Made by a program: the position numbers and the translations under genes. A stretch of DNA of 64,000 nt from Octopus sinensis (Eukaryota): NCBI RefSeq assembly GCF_006345805.1, contig NC_043008.1, positions 41,726,001 to 41,790,000 of the forward strand, read 5' to 3'. Positions 25,389 through 40,092 of this stretch are shown piece by piece. Positions within the stretch are counted from its first letter, which is position 1. Each line of letters begins with the position of its first letter. The notes beneath the pieces are model-generated. The model saw only the letters and a list, made by a program, of their open reading frames with translations, was not told the origin of the DNA and searched no databases.

Positions 25389-26807
25389 TATGTATGTGTG
25401 TATGTGTGTGTAAGTGTGTGTATATATGTATGTATGTATGTATGTAGGTAGGTATATATATATATATATGCGTGTATATGCGAACTTGTATCTTCTCTTG
25501 GGGTTTAAATTATTTGAAGGCTTCTTGTAAGGAAAGAGCTTGTTTCTAACAGAGATATAAAGGGCTCCATACTCTCAGATTATGCCATGAATGTTACAGT
25601 AAATTCTTTTATGGTAATCATCACGATTATCCATTTAAGGCATGTTTTAGTGGCATGATTATAATTCACCTGTACATAATGTGATATTTACGAACAATTG
25701 TTGATGATGTGGATTATATTTTTCAGTATTAAATACACAGAGACTGCCTCAGTTGTCATAAGTATATGCTTTATTTTACTGCCTGTTTCCCTTTGTGCAT
25801 TAGTATCTTGTGGTCATTTGAAGTTCATGTTACTTTAACTAAAATATGTACCCTCAAATGTTATAGTTAAAACAGTGGTTGTTTATCCAAAATGGTCTGC
25901 TCTGCAAAGTAATGTTATTGTAACTCCGAAGTTTTCTAACATAGCCATGCATTGGTTTTTATATCTAATGTTTTGTATCTAATTGAAATCGTTTAAAAAC
26001 TGTGATCAGGTTATATCATGATACTACAAGAACAGAATTATTGGAGAAAATTTATAACCATTCAGTAATCACTAATAAATCTAAGCTTATATGTACCTGT
26101 ACGCACGTATATATGCATGCATGTATATATGTACATATGTATGTATGTATGTATGTATGTATGCATGTATGTATGTATGTATGTATGTGTATATGTATGT
26201 GTGTGCACATATGTATGATCATGGATCAGGATTTTAGTAGTTTTTTCAGAGACCAGATCCGACTAAACTATTGACAATGTTAGTAATTATGCCTTTTGGT
26301 ATTTAGTTTCACTAAGTAGCATTGCATATTTCTTAGCAATGAACGTAGCTGTCCGACACAATTCATTAATACTGAAATGTGAAAAGTCAGAATATGTGAA
26401 AACTGTGAAAAGTCATTAATACTGAAATGTGAAAAGTCATCACAGTAGCAATTCAGTGTATTCATGTATTAATAGATTGAAGGATTTTGCCTTTATGTAT
26501 ACATTTTGTAGGTCTATATTCGGTTGAAGTATTCACTGCACTTTCACATGGAAATTCCAGTACCTGGAACATCTAATCCCTGTTTCCAATTGTGTCATTT
26601 CGTATGATGTCGTAATCCATGGTAATCCATGTGTCGACTATAACTTCTGTTTCCGTACTTGTTTAATCCTTCAGTATTTCTTTATGTAAACGCAGCTTTT
26701 CCATATGCCCAAGGACTTAAACAAGCTCTTATTGATGAAAAATGTTTTAGAGGATTGCATTTACACATCTATGTAAGATTAAACCTAAGCATTTCTTGAT
26801 ATACATG

Positions 26808-27515
26808 CGAAGGAAAGTCAAAAATTATCCGTACTTTCGCCATAACATATCTTTATTATTGCCACACTGCCTTCTGCGCATGTGTGCTTATAGCTTGTAC
26901 TATTCCGGTCACGGGACCGAAGTTTGAGCCTGATCACGCCATTTTTGGTTTTACAGTGTAAGCATGACCGCTCCACTACCAATGTGCGCCAAGGTAGAAC
27001 AAAAAGCAGTGATCCGATTTCTCTGGAAAATGGGTATACGGACAATAATACAAGATACAGTACATTGTTAGCCAATAAACTGAAGCCAGCAATTCGCACC
27101 AAACGCCGAACACTATTGTCGAAGAAACTTTTGTTGCTGCATAACAATGCACGCCCACACACATCCACCCAAATCGTTGAAACCATTAACCACTTGAGTT
27201 TTGAGGTGCTGGAACCCCCTGCCTACAGCTCCGATCCTTCTTCTTCCGACAATCATATATTTAGACCGCTCAAAGATCGTTTATGAGATCGTTGATTTCC
27301 TACAGATGAAGATATGAAGGAAGCGATGCATAAATGGTTACACGACCAACGAAAAACCCTTTTTCTTGGAGGGAATATGTTAGCTTGTGGACTGCTGGAC
27401 CAAGTGTATCGAAGAGGAAGGTGACTATATAGAAAAATGACGAACTTGTTTATCCCTGCTTTTGTGTAAATACATTGAAAAAACAAGAGTGCGTATAATT
27501 TTTGACTCTCCCTCG
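26808..27515 (+). mobile_element. Mariner (DD34D-type) internal-deletion derivative, decayed
   Basis: Imperfect TIRs cgaaggaaagtcaaaaattatccgtact / agtgcgtataatttttgactctccctcg(TA). N-terminal EQKAVIRFLWKMG is joined to YSTLLANKLKPAIRTKRR..LLHNNARPH..YSSDPSSSDNHIF. Confidence 0.9.
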
Positions 27516-27619
27516 TATGTATATACCATTACAGGACGTGCATCGTTCCTTCAGTTATATGTAATGTATAAGGTACATGAATACATATTTCGACAAAGTA
27601 TTCGTGATGCATATATCTA

Positions 27620-27882
27620 GGATCACCAAGCATAGATTGGCATATTTCGGTCATATTATGCGAAGAAAATCCCTGGAGAAGGACATCATGCTCGGAATGG
27701 TCAGTGGCAAGAGAGGAAGAGGCCGACCAAGAACCCGCTGGCTTGACACCATCACGAGTGATACCGGAATGGACATAGCCAATCTGAAAGAAGCGGCCCA
27801 GGATAGAACTGACTGGAGGACACTGATCCAACGAGTAACCGAGAGTCGACTTCGACTGAGCGGATAGATAGATAGATAGATA
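27620..27882 (+). mobile_element. RTE-clade LINE, 5'-truncated 3' end with (GATA)n tail
   Basis: ITKHRLAYFGHIMRRKSLEKDIMLGMVSGKRGRGRPRTRWLD..DRTDWRTLI matches the RTE ORF C-terminus; it is followed by gatagatagataga, with a possible ATATATC TSD. Confidence 0.9.
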
Positions 27883-28486
27883 TATCCACGTGTAATGTAT
27901 ATCATTTGCACAAACCTAAGCATCTTTAATATTGGTCTGAATTCTACAAGTGACATGTGGATATTGTTAAATATATTTATGTTGCACGTGTATGCGGCAA
28001 TCATCTAATAAGAATCGGAAATCGTTAAATACATCCTTTTGTCTTCATTGTAGCTATTGGTAAACAGATTTTAGAGAACAGTCGTTCGTCATTCATATTC
28101 AGAGACAAGTTGTCTGCTATAAGCTGATAAACTACCCACTGGAATACTTCACGAAAAATATTATTTGATGAAAGAAAATTTCGTTTTACTGATAAGAATA
28201 TTATTTACAACTCTAAAATTCAAAGACGTCGCCAAAGAAGACTTTTAGCTACAAAGACTTGAAAGGATTGGTATGCTTTGCAAACATTGAGTGCAAAATG
28301 AGAAATCCAATAAAAATTCTAAACCTTAAATTGGAACCAATGATATAATACCGTATTCAGAGAAACGATAGGCAATCCCCTCTTTATTTTATATAACAGT
28401 TACTTTTAAGGATAATAATCGATGCTATAACACAGCATAACGGGTCGACGGAAAATCTTTTGATTAAATCTTTTATTTACTGGGGC

Positions 28487-28531
<45 letters not shown>

Positions 28532-28814
28532 ATGTATGTATGTATGTATGTATGTATGTATGTATGTATGCATGTATGTATGTATGTATACTTATGGCAC
28601 AGAATCATATACTGGCTATCTTTAAGTTATAAGGTATGTTTCAATATTATGGAACTTCTGAAAATGCCATTATAGTATTGGTAAAATCTAAGTTTATTTC
28701 TCCTTTGGCATGTTGGCTGTGTTCATCTCAGACGCTATCTCGTATTTCCTGTATTCAGCACACATACACAGGCACGCACACATGCACACACCCGTATACA
28801 CACACACATACACA

Positions 28815-28922
<108 letters not shown>

Positions 28923-29059
28923 GGATCACCAATAATTTATTATCTCCCTTTCTTTCTACTTCTCCAGTCAAACATTTCTTTTTCCAACCAGTCGCTATGA
29001 TTGACCGCTAAAACAACAGGTCTTTTGAATATCTCTCTCTGCTTATTATCTCTTATTCT

Positions 29060-29125
29060 TTTCCGTTAAAGAGCGTAGGCCCGAAGCGTAAAAGGCTTTC
29101 TAATTTTCCCGAGCGTTAAATTAAT
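29060..29125 (+). mobile_element. Degenerate copy of the short hammerhead-like-motif element
   Basis: aaagagcgtaggcccgaagcgtaaaagg...gagcgttaaattaatacacctg aligns to 55175-55260. Confidence 0.6.
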
Positions 29126-29142
29126 ACACCTGCTTGTTGTTC

Positions 29143-29174
<32 letters not shown>

Positions 29175-29225
29175 TATATATATAATTGTGGAAATTTATA
29201 GAAAAACAAAAGACGAAGACAGGTG

Positions 29226-29286
<61 letters not shown>

Positions 29287-29859
29287 CATAGAGAGGGAGA
29301 AAGAGTGAATATCTTAGTAAGCGAGTGGAAGAATGAATTCTCAAAATCAGGAAGAGATTTAAATAATAAACAAATCTTTTTAGTACTGTTTATACAACAG
29401 GCATCTTTATTTTCAATGCTAGTTGAAAACACTACTCGTCCCTATCAGCAGGAAATCTTAAGCGCCGCTTAAAATGTAAATTGTGTCCATGGGTGTGAGT
29501 ATGTGTTAGCGTGTGTGCGTGTGTGTGTGTGTGTGTGTGCATGTGTAAGAAAATTTTCCCCCGGAAACAATTTTTGCAGCGAAGGTCTTTCCATGCTCGA
29601 GTGTACATAAATAAAATTGTACACATATACTATAATCTACGCTGCTTCAGCCACTTCTAGTTAATATATGTGTGTTTGTGTTTGTGTGTGTGTGTGTGTG
29701 TATTTAGCAGTTGATTGTGTATCTCGACATCAAAAGCAGATGTAATGTACTTTTCCATTTCAACTGCAGTTTCAAGAATGAAGCGTACCCTGGCGTTTAG
29801 TTAATATTAACAATCATTTTGATCTTTAGTTTTAAGCATGAGAAAATAGTTGACAATAT

Positions 29860-30265
29860 AGGCGCAGGAGTGGCTGTGTGGTAAGTAGCTTGCATACCAA
29901 CCACATGGTTCCGGGTTCAGTCCCACTGCGTGGCATCTTGGGCAAGTGTCTTCTACTATAGCCTGGGGCCGACCAAAGCCTTGTGAGTGGATTTGGTAGA
30001 CGGAAACTGAAAGAAGCCCGTCGTATATATGTATATATATGTGTGCGTGTATGTTTGTGTGTCTGTGTTTTGTCCTCCTAGCATTGCTTGACAACCGATG
30101 CTGGTGTGTTTATGTCCCCGTCACTTAGCGGTTCGGCAAAAGAGACTGATAGAATAAGTACTGGGCTTACAACGAATAAGTCCCGGGGTCGAGTTGCTCG
30201 ACTAAAGGCGATGCTCCAGCATGGCCGTAATCAACTGACTGAAACAAGTAAAAGAGTAAAAGAGT
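29860..30265 (+). mobile_element. tRNA-derived SINE, family A, full length
   Basis: aggcgcaggagtggctgtgtggtaag head, ggttcagtcc B-box-like, gaaacaagtaaaagagtaaaagag tail. Confidence 0.92.
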
Positions 30266-30269
30266 ATAT

Positions 30270-31000
30270 GTACAGCTGATGATGATGGAGATAGCCGTAC
30301 AGTGATTGTTGTTGCTGAAGGTAATGGTATTGATGGTGGTGGTGTTAGTGTTGGTTGTGGTGAGTTTCGGCGGTGACGATGATTGTGGTAGCGGACGTGG
30401 CAAAGATAATATGCTCAGCAATAGTGGTGGTGTCTGTTAGCCTGAAATTATCGGAGGTAATTTCTGGCGCTGCTGGCAACAGCAGTAATGGTAACAGCAA
30501 GCATAAATGTACTAGATGTAAAAATCTTTGTGGTGGCTATAGAAGACATGATGATGATGGTCGTCCGGTGGCGACGGTAGTGATAGCAGTGGAGATGGAG
30601 TAGGACGTTGTGGTTATCGCCGTAGTGGATGTGACTGAATCTAATAGGGGCGGTTGTAATGACGGGTTTATGAAGTTACTCAAGTTAGTGTTATAACGGT
30701 AGAAGTTGGGTTCGTGATTGTGAACGTGTATGGTGTGGTGCAGAAGAAAAGCCGTAGCACCGATGGTGATGGCGAATATATATATATATTAGTATGTTGT
30801 ATCGGTGGTAACGATGGCGGCGATTATAGTATTGGTTGTCAGGGATGTTATTAAGCTGGTAGTAATAGCGATGGTGAGGATGCCGTAATTATGATTATTG
30901 TTGTAGCACCTATAATAGTGATGGCGCTTGGCGGGGAGGATTTTATGGTGGTACTGGGGGTGGTAGTGATTTTGCTACAGAAGCTACCGATGCTACTTGT
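30270..31000. repeat. Old degenerate trinucleotide (GGT/GAT/GTA) low-complexity region
   Basis: Strong G/T bias with residual triplet periodicity. Confidence 0.6.
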
Positions 31001-31559
31001 GAAAATGTGAAAGGTTACTAGGAATTTGATAGATTTCGAAGTGTCAACTATGAAGGTAACTAAACTGAAAACTAGCTTAAAGTGCACGACAGTCATACAT
31101 ATATGTAGAATGTAAATGCTGTGAGAGGACATATCATCAGTAACTCATGAAATAGCATTTTCTTATTTACGATCTTTATTAAGCATCGCATTAAATTTAA
31201 CAATGCAAGTTCTTTTACAAAAGATAATTCAAATTCCAAAAGTAGGTTTTCTGACATCTTTTTTTAAAAAATATTTTTTGATGTCTGTCACGACATCAAA
31301 TCACTTAATATTTCGTTTTGTCTATTAATATACGTAGGACTTAAAACCTCAGTCTTGACATGTATTGAAGTATTATCCCTGTATATCCGTCTGCGAAGCT
31401 TTTCCTATTTTTTTTTCTCTGAACAATCATTCTGGTATTAAATTCATGATGAATCCTTCAACCGTCTTTCCGTCTGTCATGAAAAATCCTTCAAACATTT
31501 ATTTTTACATCCTCCATTTCTACAATCCATACATGTATGTGTAAGCACATTTACATGGA

Positions 31560-31915
<356 letters not shown>

Positions 31916-34083
31916 GAGAGTGAGAGAGAGGCATACACATATGCATGCACCATGGAGGGGGAATAAACTATAACGCATGCATATAACCATATATAGGTAT
32001 ATATTTTTGAATCCTTTAATCGTTACACAAGAGATGAAAATGCAAGAAATCAATGTTCCGTGCACTTTTTGCATTTGCACTTTTACAACAGTTAAGAAAT
32101 ATAGAAGTACACGTGTGTGTTTGTGTGTTTGTGCGTGTCCGCGTGTATGCATGTGTGTGTACTTGTGTGTCTGTACGTACATGTATGTATATGTGTGAGT
32201 GTGTGTGTATATTCATATGTGTGTATGTATGTGTACATGTGTGTCTGTATGTACCAGTATGTATACTCATGCGCATGTGCGTGTGCACGTATGCGTGTCC
32301 CCGTGTGTGTGTGTGTTTGTGTGTGTGTGTGTATTTACACTGTTTTCTATATTGAATTGGATTCTTCCTGTAAGGAAGGCATTGATTTCTACCAACGATT
32401 CCATCGTTGAAATATAGACAACAAACAAAAAAAAAATACAAATTTTGTATTTGAGAAAAGTCTTGCACGTTTTTACTCTTCCGCTTATAGATTCCATTAA
32501 CTGGATAATTGTTATTTGAAAACACTAATTTTTCCAGATTGTCACTGTGTGTGTATGTATGCATATATGTATGTATATACATATGTATGTATCACCATCA
32601 TGTGTATGTGTGTAGAAAGTTCAAGAATCATGTGAATCAGGTGCTTAAATGGTAAAGCACCACCTCGAGTCAAAAAAAGGAAATCGTGTACAATTCAAAA
32701 TCAGAGAAACGAATATCGAAGTCCAGACATATTATTTTTCCAGTTCCATATACGATTAACTGCACCTGGTTGAGTATATTATGAGTCTCAAGGCTGTATT
32801 TAGCAAAACACAATGCACCAATTGTACTGCACTTAAAAGACTCCAGAGCCATGCTAATAACAGGTTCTGAGTAAGGGGAATAATAAATAAATAACATCAG
32901 ATGGATAATAGTTAATTCACTACAGCTTTTTCCGACGGAATTTTTTATTGATGACTATACCGTTTTCATCGGTATTTTTTAGATGTATAATTCGTGTATA
33001 TTCCCCTGATGAAAACGATTTAATTTTTTGGCACGGTGTAATATCTCTATTCATCCTTAAAATCTCGTTGGAAACAGCTATAGGGAATGAACTATTATCC
33101 TGTATAACTAGTTTTTTTTTCTGAGCGGGTGTTCTATAATAATTTCAACTCAAACTCCTCTTCCCTGTCTTAGAATCTTTTTTTATCGAGTAACTGCCAT
33201 TTTTACAACTCCATTTGTATTCCCACTTTTTCTTGTCTTTCTGTTTTTTACTTTTTGGTTTCACTTTTCCCTCTTTTCCTTTCTCTGCTACCCCGCCTAT
33301 CATTGATTCAAACATTGAGCTTACCATTTATATATATAATCTCCCAGTCTTTTGTTTTGCCTTGAATACATGTATGAAAACAATCTTGAAAATTGAACAC
33401 TTTTGACTAAACATGATTTACTCTTAACCCTATTGTAACTAGATTTGTTTTACCGGATTATTATCCAATGTATCACGAGGCATAATCAAAGAGACTAGGA
33501 GGACTGCATAAAAATAGTTCGCATATTTTCCACCAAAAGCGAAAGAGAAGACGCTCAAAAACGGTCGGGCAATAACTGCGACAAAAGTCGAAGCACGAGT
33601 AGAAATGATATATATTTTACCATCTTTATACAGTACTCCACCTAGTCCAAACTTACCGTTGGGGTTGTCACAATTCGTATAGCAAGCAAGAAATCGATGG
33701 ACGAATTACAAAAAGATTACAAGTAAGTCTAGAGGAAAACAAATGCTGCCCTGTCGTGCTTAATTCGACAAAGAAATTGCACGTACTTACTTCAGAGGCA
33801 AGCGTTTATTTTTGTAAGATGATGATCAGGGTTGTGGAGAACAGGCCTTTGATTCATGAGGCTCTGTTGATTTCTTTCTTTCTTTCTTTCTGAGTTGTTG
33901 TTTTTTTTTTATTTTAGATCGGCGCTTACTTCCTGTAGCTGAAGAAAGACAATCGTTTTAATATGATATGTGATTTACTAATACCTCGCTTTTATATCAC
34001 TTTATTGTCTGTATTTTGAGACGGCTTTGTTTGATTCATTGCATGGATTGACGAGCCTGGATCGTAATAATAATAATAATAAC

Positions 34084-34114
<31 letters not shown>

Positions 34115-34155
34115 GCAAGGACAATAACTACAACAATAATAATAATAATAATAAT

Positions 34156-35062
34156 GGTTTCTTTTATTGGCCACAAGGGCCCAAGACATGGAGGACAATG
34201 TCGAAGGACGAATACAACACACAAAAAACGTGAGATTAGCATCAAGCAAGGGGAGATTCTACCACATTAAAGGGTATAACAGAAGCATATAACAGAAAGT
34301 AGAGAAATAAATAAATAACTAAAATCCTCAATAACGGGGTAGTCCATTTAGAGTAATTCGGTATAAACCCTGCACACATTTCCCGGAATACTCTGCCATC
34401 CCCAAAGCCTGGAAAAGTGCCTTCTTCGTTTCTTTCCTCCTGCTTAGAAAAGCATATTCACAATCGATACATTCAGTTTCACCAGTGTTGCCACTGTCGA
34501 CCACTTTTTTATAATCTCCCTCTCTACCCTCACCTTCCTCTTCAAATGATATTTGAAGAAGTTGATGAGGGCTTGACCAGATAAGAATGTGCCTGTCTTC
34601 AAACTTTTCAGACGGGTCCACCACACATCCCCTTTTGCACAGCCATTAAACATAGAAAGACCTGCCTTCCTTCTCTGCTTTAGGAAGATGGTGCGTCCAT
34701 CTTCACTATGCACACAGCAGACAGCTGACTTCGTCTTACACGCGACAACAGCTGCTCCACACAATCCCGAGACTCTCTAATGCACGGACACTGAATTATT
34801 GCATGTAGGATAGTTCCTTCCCCCTGCAAGCATCTCGCACAGGTTCGGCTGTTAGTACTTACATACCTGAAGAGATTGCCTGAAATGGGCAATGTCCCTC
34901 TCTAGCACTGCCATGCCAAAGACTTTTGGAAATTGTCCATGATCTTCGACCTGAAGGTCCTCTGGAAGAGACTGCTCAGACTGTTCTCGTTGATGCCTAG
35001 ATCCAATCCTAGGCCATCATCACTCATCCCCACAACTCGCCCCCTATAGAAATCTTGGGTTT
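34156..35062 (-). mobile_element. L1/Tx1-clade LINE, 5'-truncated 3' end
   Basis: Minus strand gives DDGLGLDLG..MDNFQKSLAWQC*RGTLP..CARCLQGEGTILHAIIQC (ORF2 C-terminal zinc knuckle)..WWTRLK..FFKYHLKRKVRVERE. The 3' UTR ends ccaataaaagaaacc followed by (ATT)n. Confidence 0.85.
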
Positions 35063-35939
35063 GATGATGATAATAATAATTGTTGTTGTTGCTTCTGCTA
35101 TTATTATTGTTATTATTATTATTGCTATGATTATTATTACTATTATTATTATTAGCAGTATTGTTGTTGTTGTTGTTGTTGTTGTTGGTGGTGGGGTGGT
35201 GGTGGTGGTGGTGGTGGCGGCGGCGTTGGGGATGTTGGTGATGTTGGTGTTATTACAATTCATAGGAATGTTGCTCTTGCGACTACTACTACTACTACTA
35301 CTACTGCTGCTGCTGCTATTACTATTATAATAAGCATATGAGGTATCTTCAATATTGACAGAAATCCGAATTTGAATGATTTCATAAAATGCTAATTGCA
35401 GCCGCGCACATATCGGAAATTAGAGTGGATTTCTCTGGCATTCATTTTTTTTTTTTTTGTTTTTCAATGGTTACCAAAGAAATGCCAGTGTTGTATGAAA
35501 CACAACAAAACCCATATTTATTCCATCGTGTAAAGAATTCAAAACTGAAATGCTATCATGTTGCGTTGCGTTTTATTATTTCACAGAAACGCAATGGAAG
35601 AAAGGAAAACACGAAGAAAGCAAAACAAAAGTAATTTCCTCCCTCACGTAGGTCAATAACATGCATCGTTGAATGCATAACTCTTCCCATTGATCCAACA
35701 TCTCTATCATCGTGTCACAGTGACCAGCCTAGGAACTAAAGGCTGCCGTTTATTATTAAGGTTCATCTATATGTTGGAAACCACTGAACTGACAGATTAG
35801 TTTCAGGCTTCGGATAGAACGCTTTGTGGTATTTGATTCAGTTCTCTGCACTTTGAGTTCAAATACCGCCGATGTTCTCTTAACCTTCCATTTCACCAGA
35901 ACCAATAAATAAAGCAACTGTAAATTATAGGGATCAATT

Positions 35940-35956
35940 TTTAACTCTCATCTCTA

Positions 35957-36006
<50 letters not shown>

Positions 36007-36076
36007 GCTCCCTCTTTCCCCTCACACTCTATCTTTCTTTGCTTCTGTTTCTCTCTCTCTCAGAATTGGCTTGTCT

Positions 36077-36112
<36 letters not shown>

Positions 36113-36349
36113 TTGCCCCTATTTCTCTCTCTCTCAGAATCGTCTTTTCTTCCCTCTCCCCGTCTCTCTATCTCTCTCCCCACCTCTCTCTCAACATTAC
36201 TCTCTCTCTCTCCCGGTTTGCCACTATTTCTCTCTCTCAGAATCGGCTTCTCTTCCTCCCTCGTCTCTCTGTCTCTCTCTCCCCACCTCTCTGTCACTCT
36301 TCCTCTGTGTCTCTGTCTCTCTCTTCTTCTCTCTTTCTCTGTCTGTCTG

Positions 36350-36395
<46 letters not shown>
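35940..36395. repeat. (CT)n polypyrimidine tract with internal ctctcagaat repeats
   Basis: Direct inspection; three ctctcagaat(c/t)g units. Confidence 0.9.
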
Positions 36396-36397
<2 letters not shown>

Positions 36398-38392
36398 GAG
36401 AGATGTAGCAAAATCACTCGCACTATAATTTCTACAGATATTGGGATGTGTTGAATAGGGTATTTCAAATCCCTTCTGACAGGAAAATATACATGTCATT
36501 AAGGTCTTCTAAGAAAAGCGTGGCATACAGAACTCAACAAAGAAGAAATAAGGAAGACAAGACCACTGTGTAAAACCCAAAATTGTTGCGAAATATAACC
36601 GAGGATCTTACAACTGATATGTCCCTTAGCCATCATAAATTCAAGTATTATATAAAAGAGGAGGGAGCACTCGGCAGTGAATTGTATAAATGAAATGCTA
36701 TTACAAGTTCCAATATGCATGTGGCACGCATGGTCTCGTAAATAGGCCATTCACTGTGTTTTGTCATGGAGAAAGTTTCTCGCTGGATTCGCTTATATAG
36801 CAAGAAGGCCATGAGAGAAATATACCTTCTTAGTAGGAAATTGTAGATGAATTTGATCTAAACAATTTCTTCATTGAGAGGAAATTTCATAAATATTTTA
36901 GTGGCGTCTAATGGATTAGACGCCAGGGGCAAATATTTCAAAAACCGATTTATAATTTCTTTAATCTCTTATGAAATATTAATCTACGAAAGAGAAATAT
37001 AATTATTAATATAAAAAGATAGTAAAATTCATGTAAGGGCGCCCTGAGACATAGAATGTGTTTTACAAGTTTTCCAATTGTGCAAACGTTGGAAAACACT
37101 GCTCAGTATAGCCTTATAACATACTACAAGACAACAGAAAGCTCACACTCAATTAACACATTATTGTGTTTAAAAAGCGAAGCGTATATTGTATAATGTT
37201 TTCATGTATATATCTCTCAAAATAAGGTGGAATATTTTATAGCGGCAACACTTCGAATGGAGCTTACATGGAGTGATTCTTTCACTGCGAAATAAAATTT
37301 CCCGTTAATTCCAGTGTTGACATTAAATATCTACCAAAGATAGAACTGGTATTTTCCGCAAAGTACATTGCCACCCTAAACTTGACATAACCCCATAGAA
37401 AATAGTTTCAAATATGACATTACTCGACAAAAGATAAATTGGTATATGAATCTTCTTTCTGCAGTTAACTGGTAAGCAAATTTTCGATAAATGTACCCGA
37501 GTTTCGCATGAAAGGGTTAAATAGAAAAAAGTTTATTTACAATAAATACAATATTTTCAAATCGCAGTCCCTTTTGTAATAGTGTTGATATAGAGCAATC
37601 AACATCGTACTATAAAGTAACGAATCAATTCCGGTAGAACTACTTTTTACAGTGGGAAAAACTTAGAATTTGCGAAGCGCTGCCAACAAGTCGTGCAAAG
37701 TATGTTTGTCTTCGATTCCGTATTAGAACTACATTTATTTGTTTCACTAATATCTACATTCGAGAAATAAATGTGCCGAGTATGTGCATTTGGTTTTAAG
37801 TGAGATGTATTTTTGGAGACTTGCTCGTAATTAAAAAATATGGCAGCCGTGACAATTGCTCTTAGAGATGTAGATACAAGCTAACGTCTAAATATATATT
37901 GTGACAGGTACATAAAATGTGGAGATATAGAAGTAACAATAGAGTTGTCCACTTTATTCATATCTCAATGTTGTTGTTTGCAGCCAACCAATACACATTA
38001 TCAAGATGAAAAAAATAATATGTTGAAGCAGTAAAGAAAAGAGCAGTAAGACATCGTAAATAAAGTTGTGTTGAGATTACTTTTCTATTACTAATGACAG
38101 TTTCCGAATATCGGTGATAACGTCGACGAATTCTGATTTCTAAGATATGATATTCACAACAATATAAATTATGTAGGTAGATATAGGAGGGGGAAAACGT
38201 AGAAAGCATTGTTGGATACAAAGATTAACATTGGGTGTTTATATAAATACAATTATAGCAAAAAATACACATATATATGCATATACATGTATATGTATAT
38301 ATACATACATACATTCACATAAAATTATTTTCATATATACATATATATATATATATATATGCGTATGTTTTTGTGTGTGAGTATGTTTATGT

Positions 38393-38441
<49 letters not shown>

Positions 38442-38477
38442 TTTATAATTTACAATTTACATGCAATGGTTGACTAG

Positions 38478-38650
<173 letters not shown>

Positions 38651-38958
38651 AATACATATACACTTATAATTAGCTATCACAATATATTGCTTCCAATATT
38701 TAAGTAATTTATACTGCAATGTTGAGTTAATTCAGTTTACGTATCTACTCGTGTCGAAATCTGTGTACGCTACAAACGACTATAAACAAATATTCTCTTT
38801 GTGGTTAGGAATTCCTAACAGGTCTCTCATTAATCCTGCTCATAAACTATGAAGCTAGTATTTTAGATTTGGCTCGACTTGCAAATGCAATTTGGAAGAC
38901 GAAGACTGTTCGGAATCCAGCCATGTACATTTAAATGTATGTGTGTAGATATATGTAC

Positions 38959-39341
38959 TTACTCTTTACTCTTTACTCTTTTACTTGTTTCAGTCATTCG
39001 ACTGCGGCCATGCTGGAGCACCGCCGGGACTTATTCTTTGTAAGCCCAGTACTTATTCTATCGGTCTCTTTTTGCCGAGCCGCTAAGTGACGGGGACATA
39101 AACACACCAGCATCGGTTGTCAAGCAATGCTAGGGGTCAAACACACACACACATACATATATATATATACATATATACGACAGGCTTCTTTCAGCTTCCG
39201 TCTACCAAATCCACTCACAAGGCATTGGTCGGCCCGGGGCTATAGCAGAAGACACTTGCCCAAGATGTCACGCAGTGGGACTGAACCCGGAACCATGTGG
39301 TTGATTAGCAAGCTACTTACCACACAGCCACACCAGCGCCT
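38959..39341 (-). mobile_element. tRNA-derived SINE, family A
   Basis: (actcttt)n tail, conserved body with a small internal deletion, head cacacagccacaccagcgcct. Confidence 0.9.
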
Positions 39342-40092
39342 ACTTCTGTATAGATATATGAATTTTGTAGCCGGATGATATGTAGGATCCTGTGATATAT
39401 GTATATGAGTGTGCATTTTTGTACTTGAGTTTCTTGTACACTACTTGACAAACCTTGTTGATTTTTTACGCCTCCTAGCTTAGCATTTCGGCAAAACACC
39501 CGATTAAGTATTTACTAGACTTAAAATAAATTCTGGGATTGATTTGTTTCATTAAACCCCTTTAAGGCGATGCCCTGTCATGAAATTGCACCTATGTCTT
39601 AAACAAGTAAAAGGTAAACGGTATATTAACCAATTGTTGAAATTTGTGCCTGATTGAACAAAGTACTGTGATGAATATGATAAAGTGAAAACATCTGAAG
39701 ATGACCGTCCAGGAGGGCGGCAGTCCTGTGACTAAAACATTTGAAAATGTGACAGCCTATCTTGGAATACATTTAAAATGGGAAAATAATAAATCAATGC
39801 TTTTAAGTAGGGAGTTATAGATTTCTTGACGTATTTATTATATTGAAGGAAATGGAAAGTAGAAATTTCCCCGAGAGATTCGTATAATGCAAAGAGAGAA
39901 TTAATATTTTATAAGTCCCACCTGTTCCGAAGTGCACACCCTTCTACAGAAGAAAAAAAACAGGATTATTGTATGTCAGAGTGTGACCTTGCAGTCTCAA
40001 ATAGTTGTTTGAATGTTTGCCTCTAAAGATGAGTAAATCGCCTGAAATATTTATAAGACTTCAAGTCATTTCTCTATTTGTTTTCAACACAG

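Noticed and set aside
36022-36499. RE-repeat and LS-repeat ORFs
   Set aside because: Translation of the (CT)n/(GA)n tract.
37310-37520. Possible piggyBac-type MITE ending AAAGGG|TTAA
   Set aside because: Only one plausible end is seen; no matching TTAA|CCCTTT terminus.
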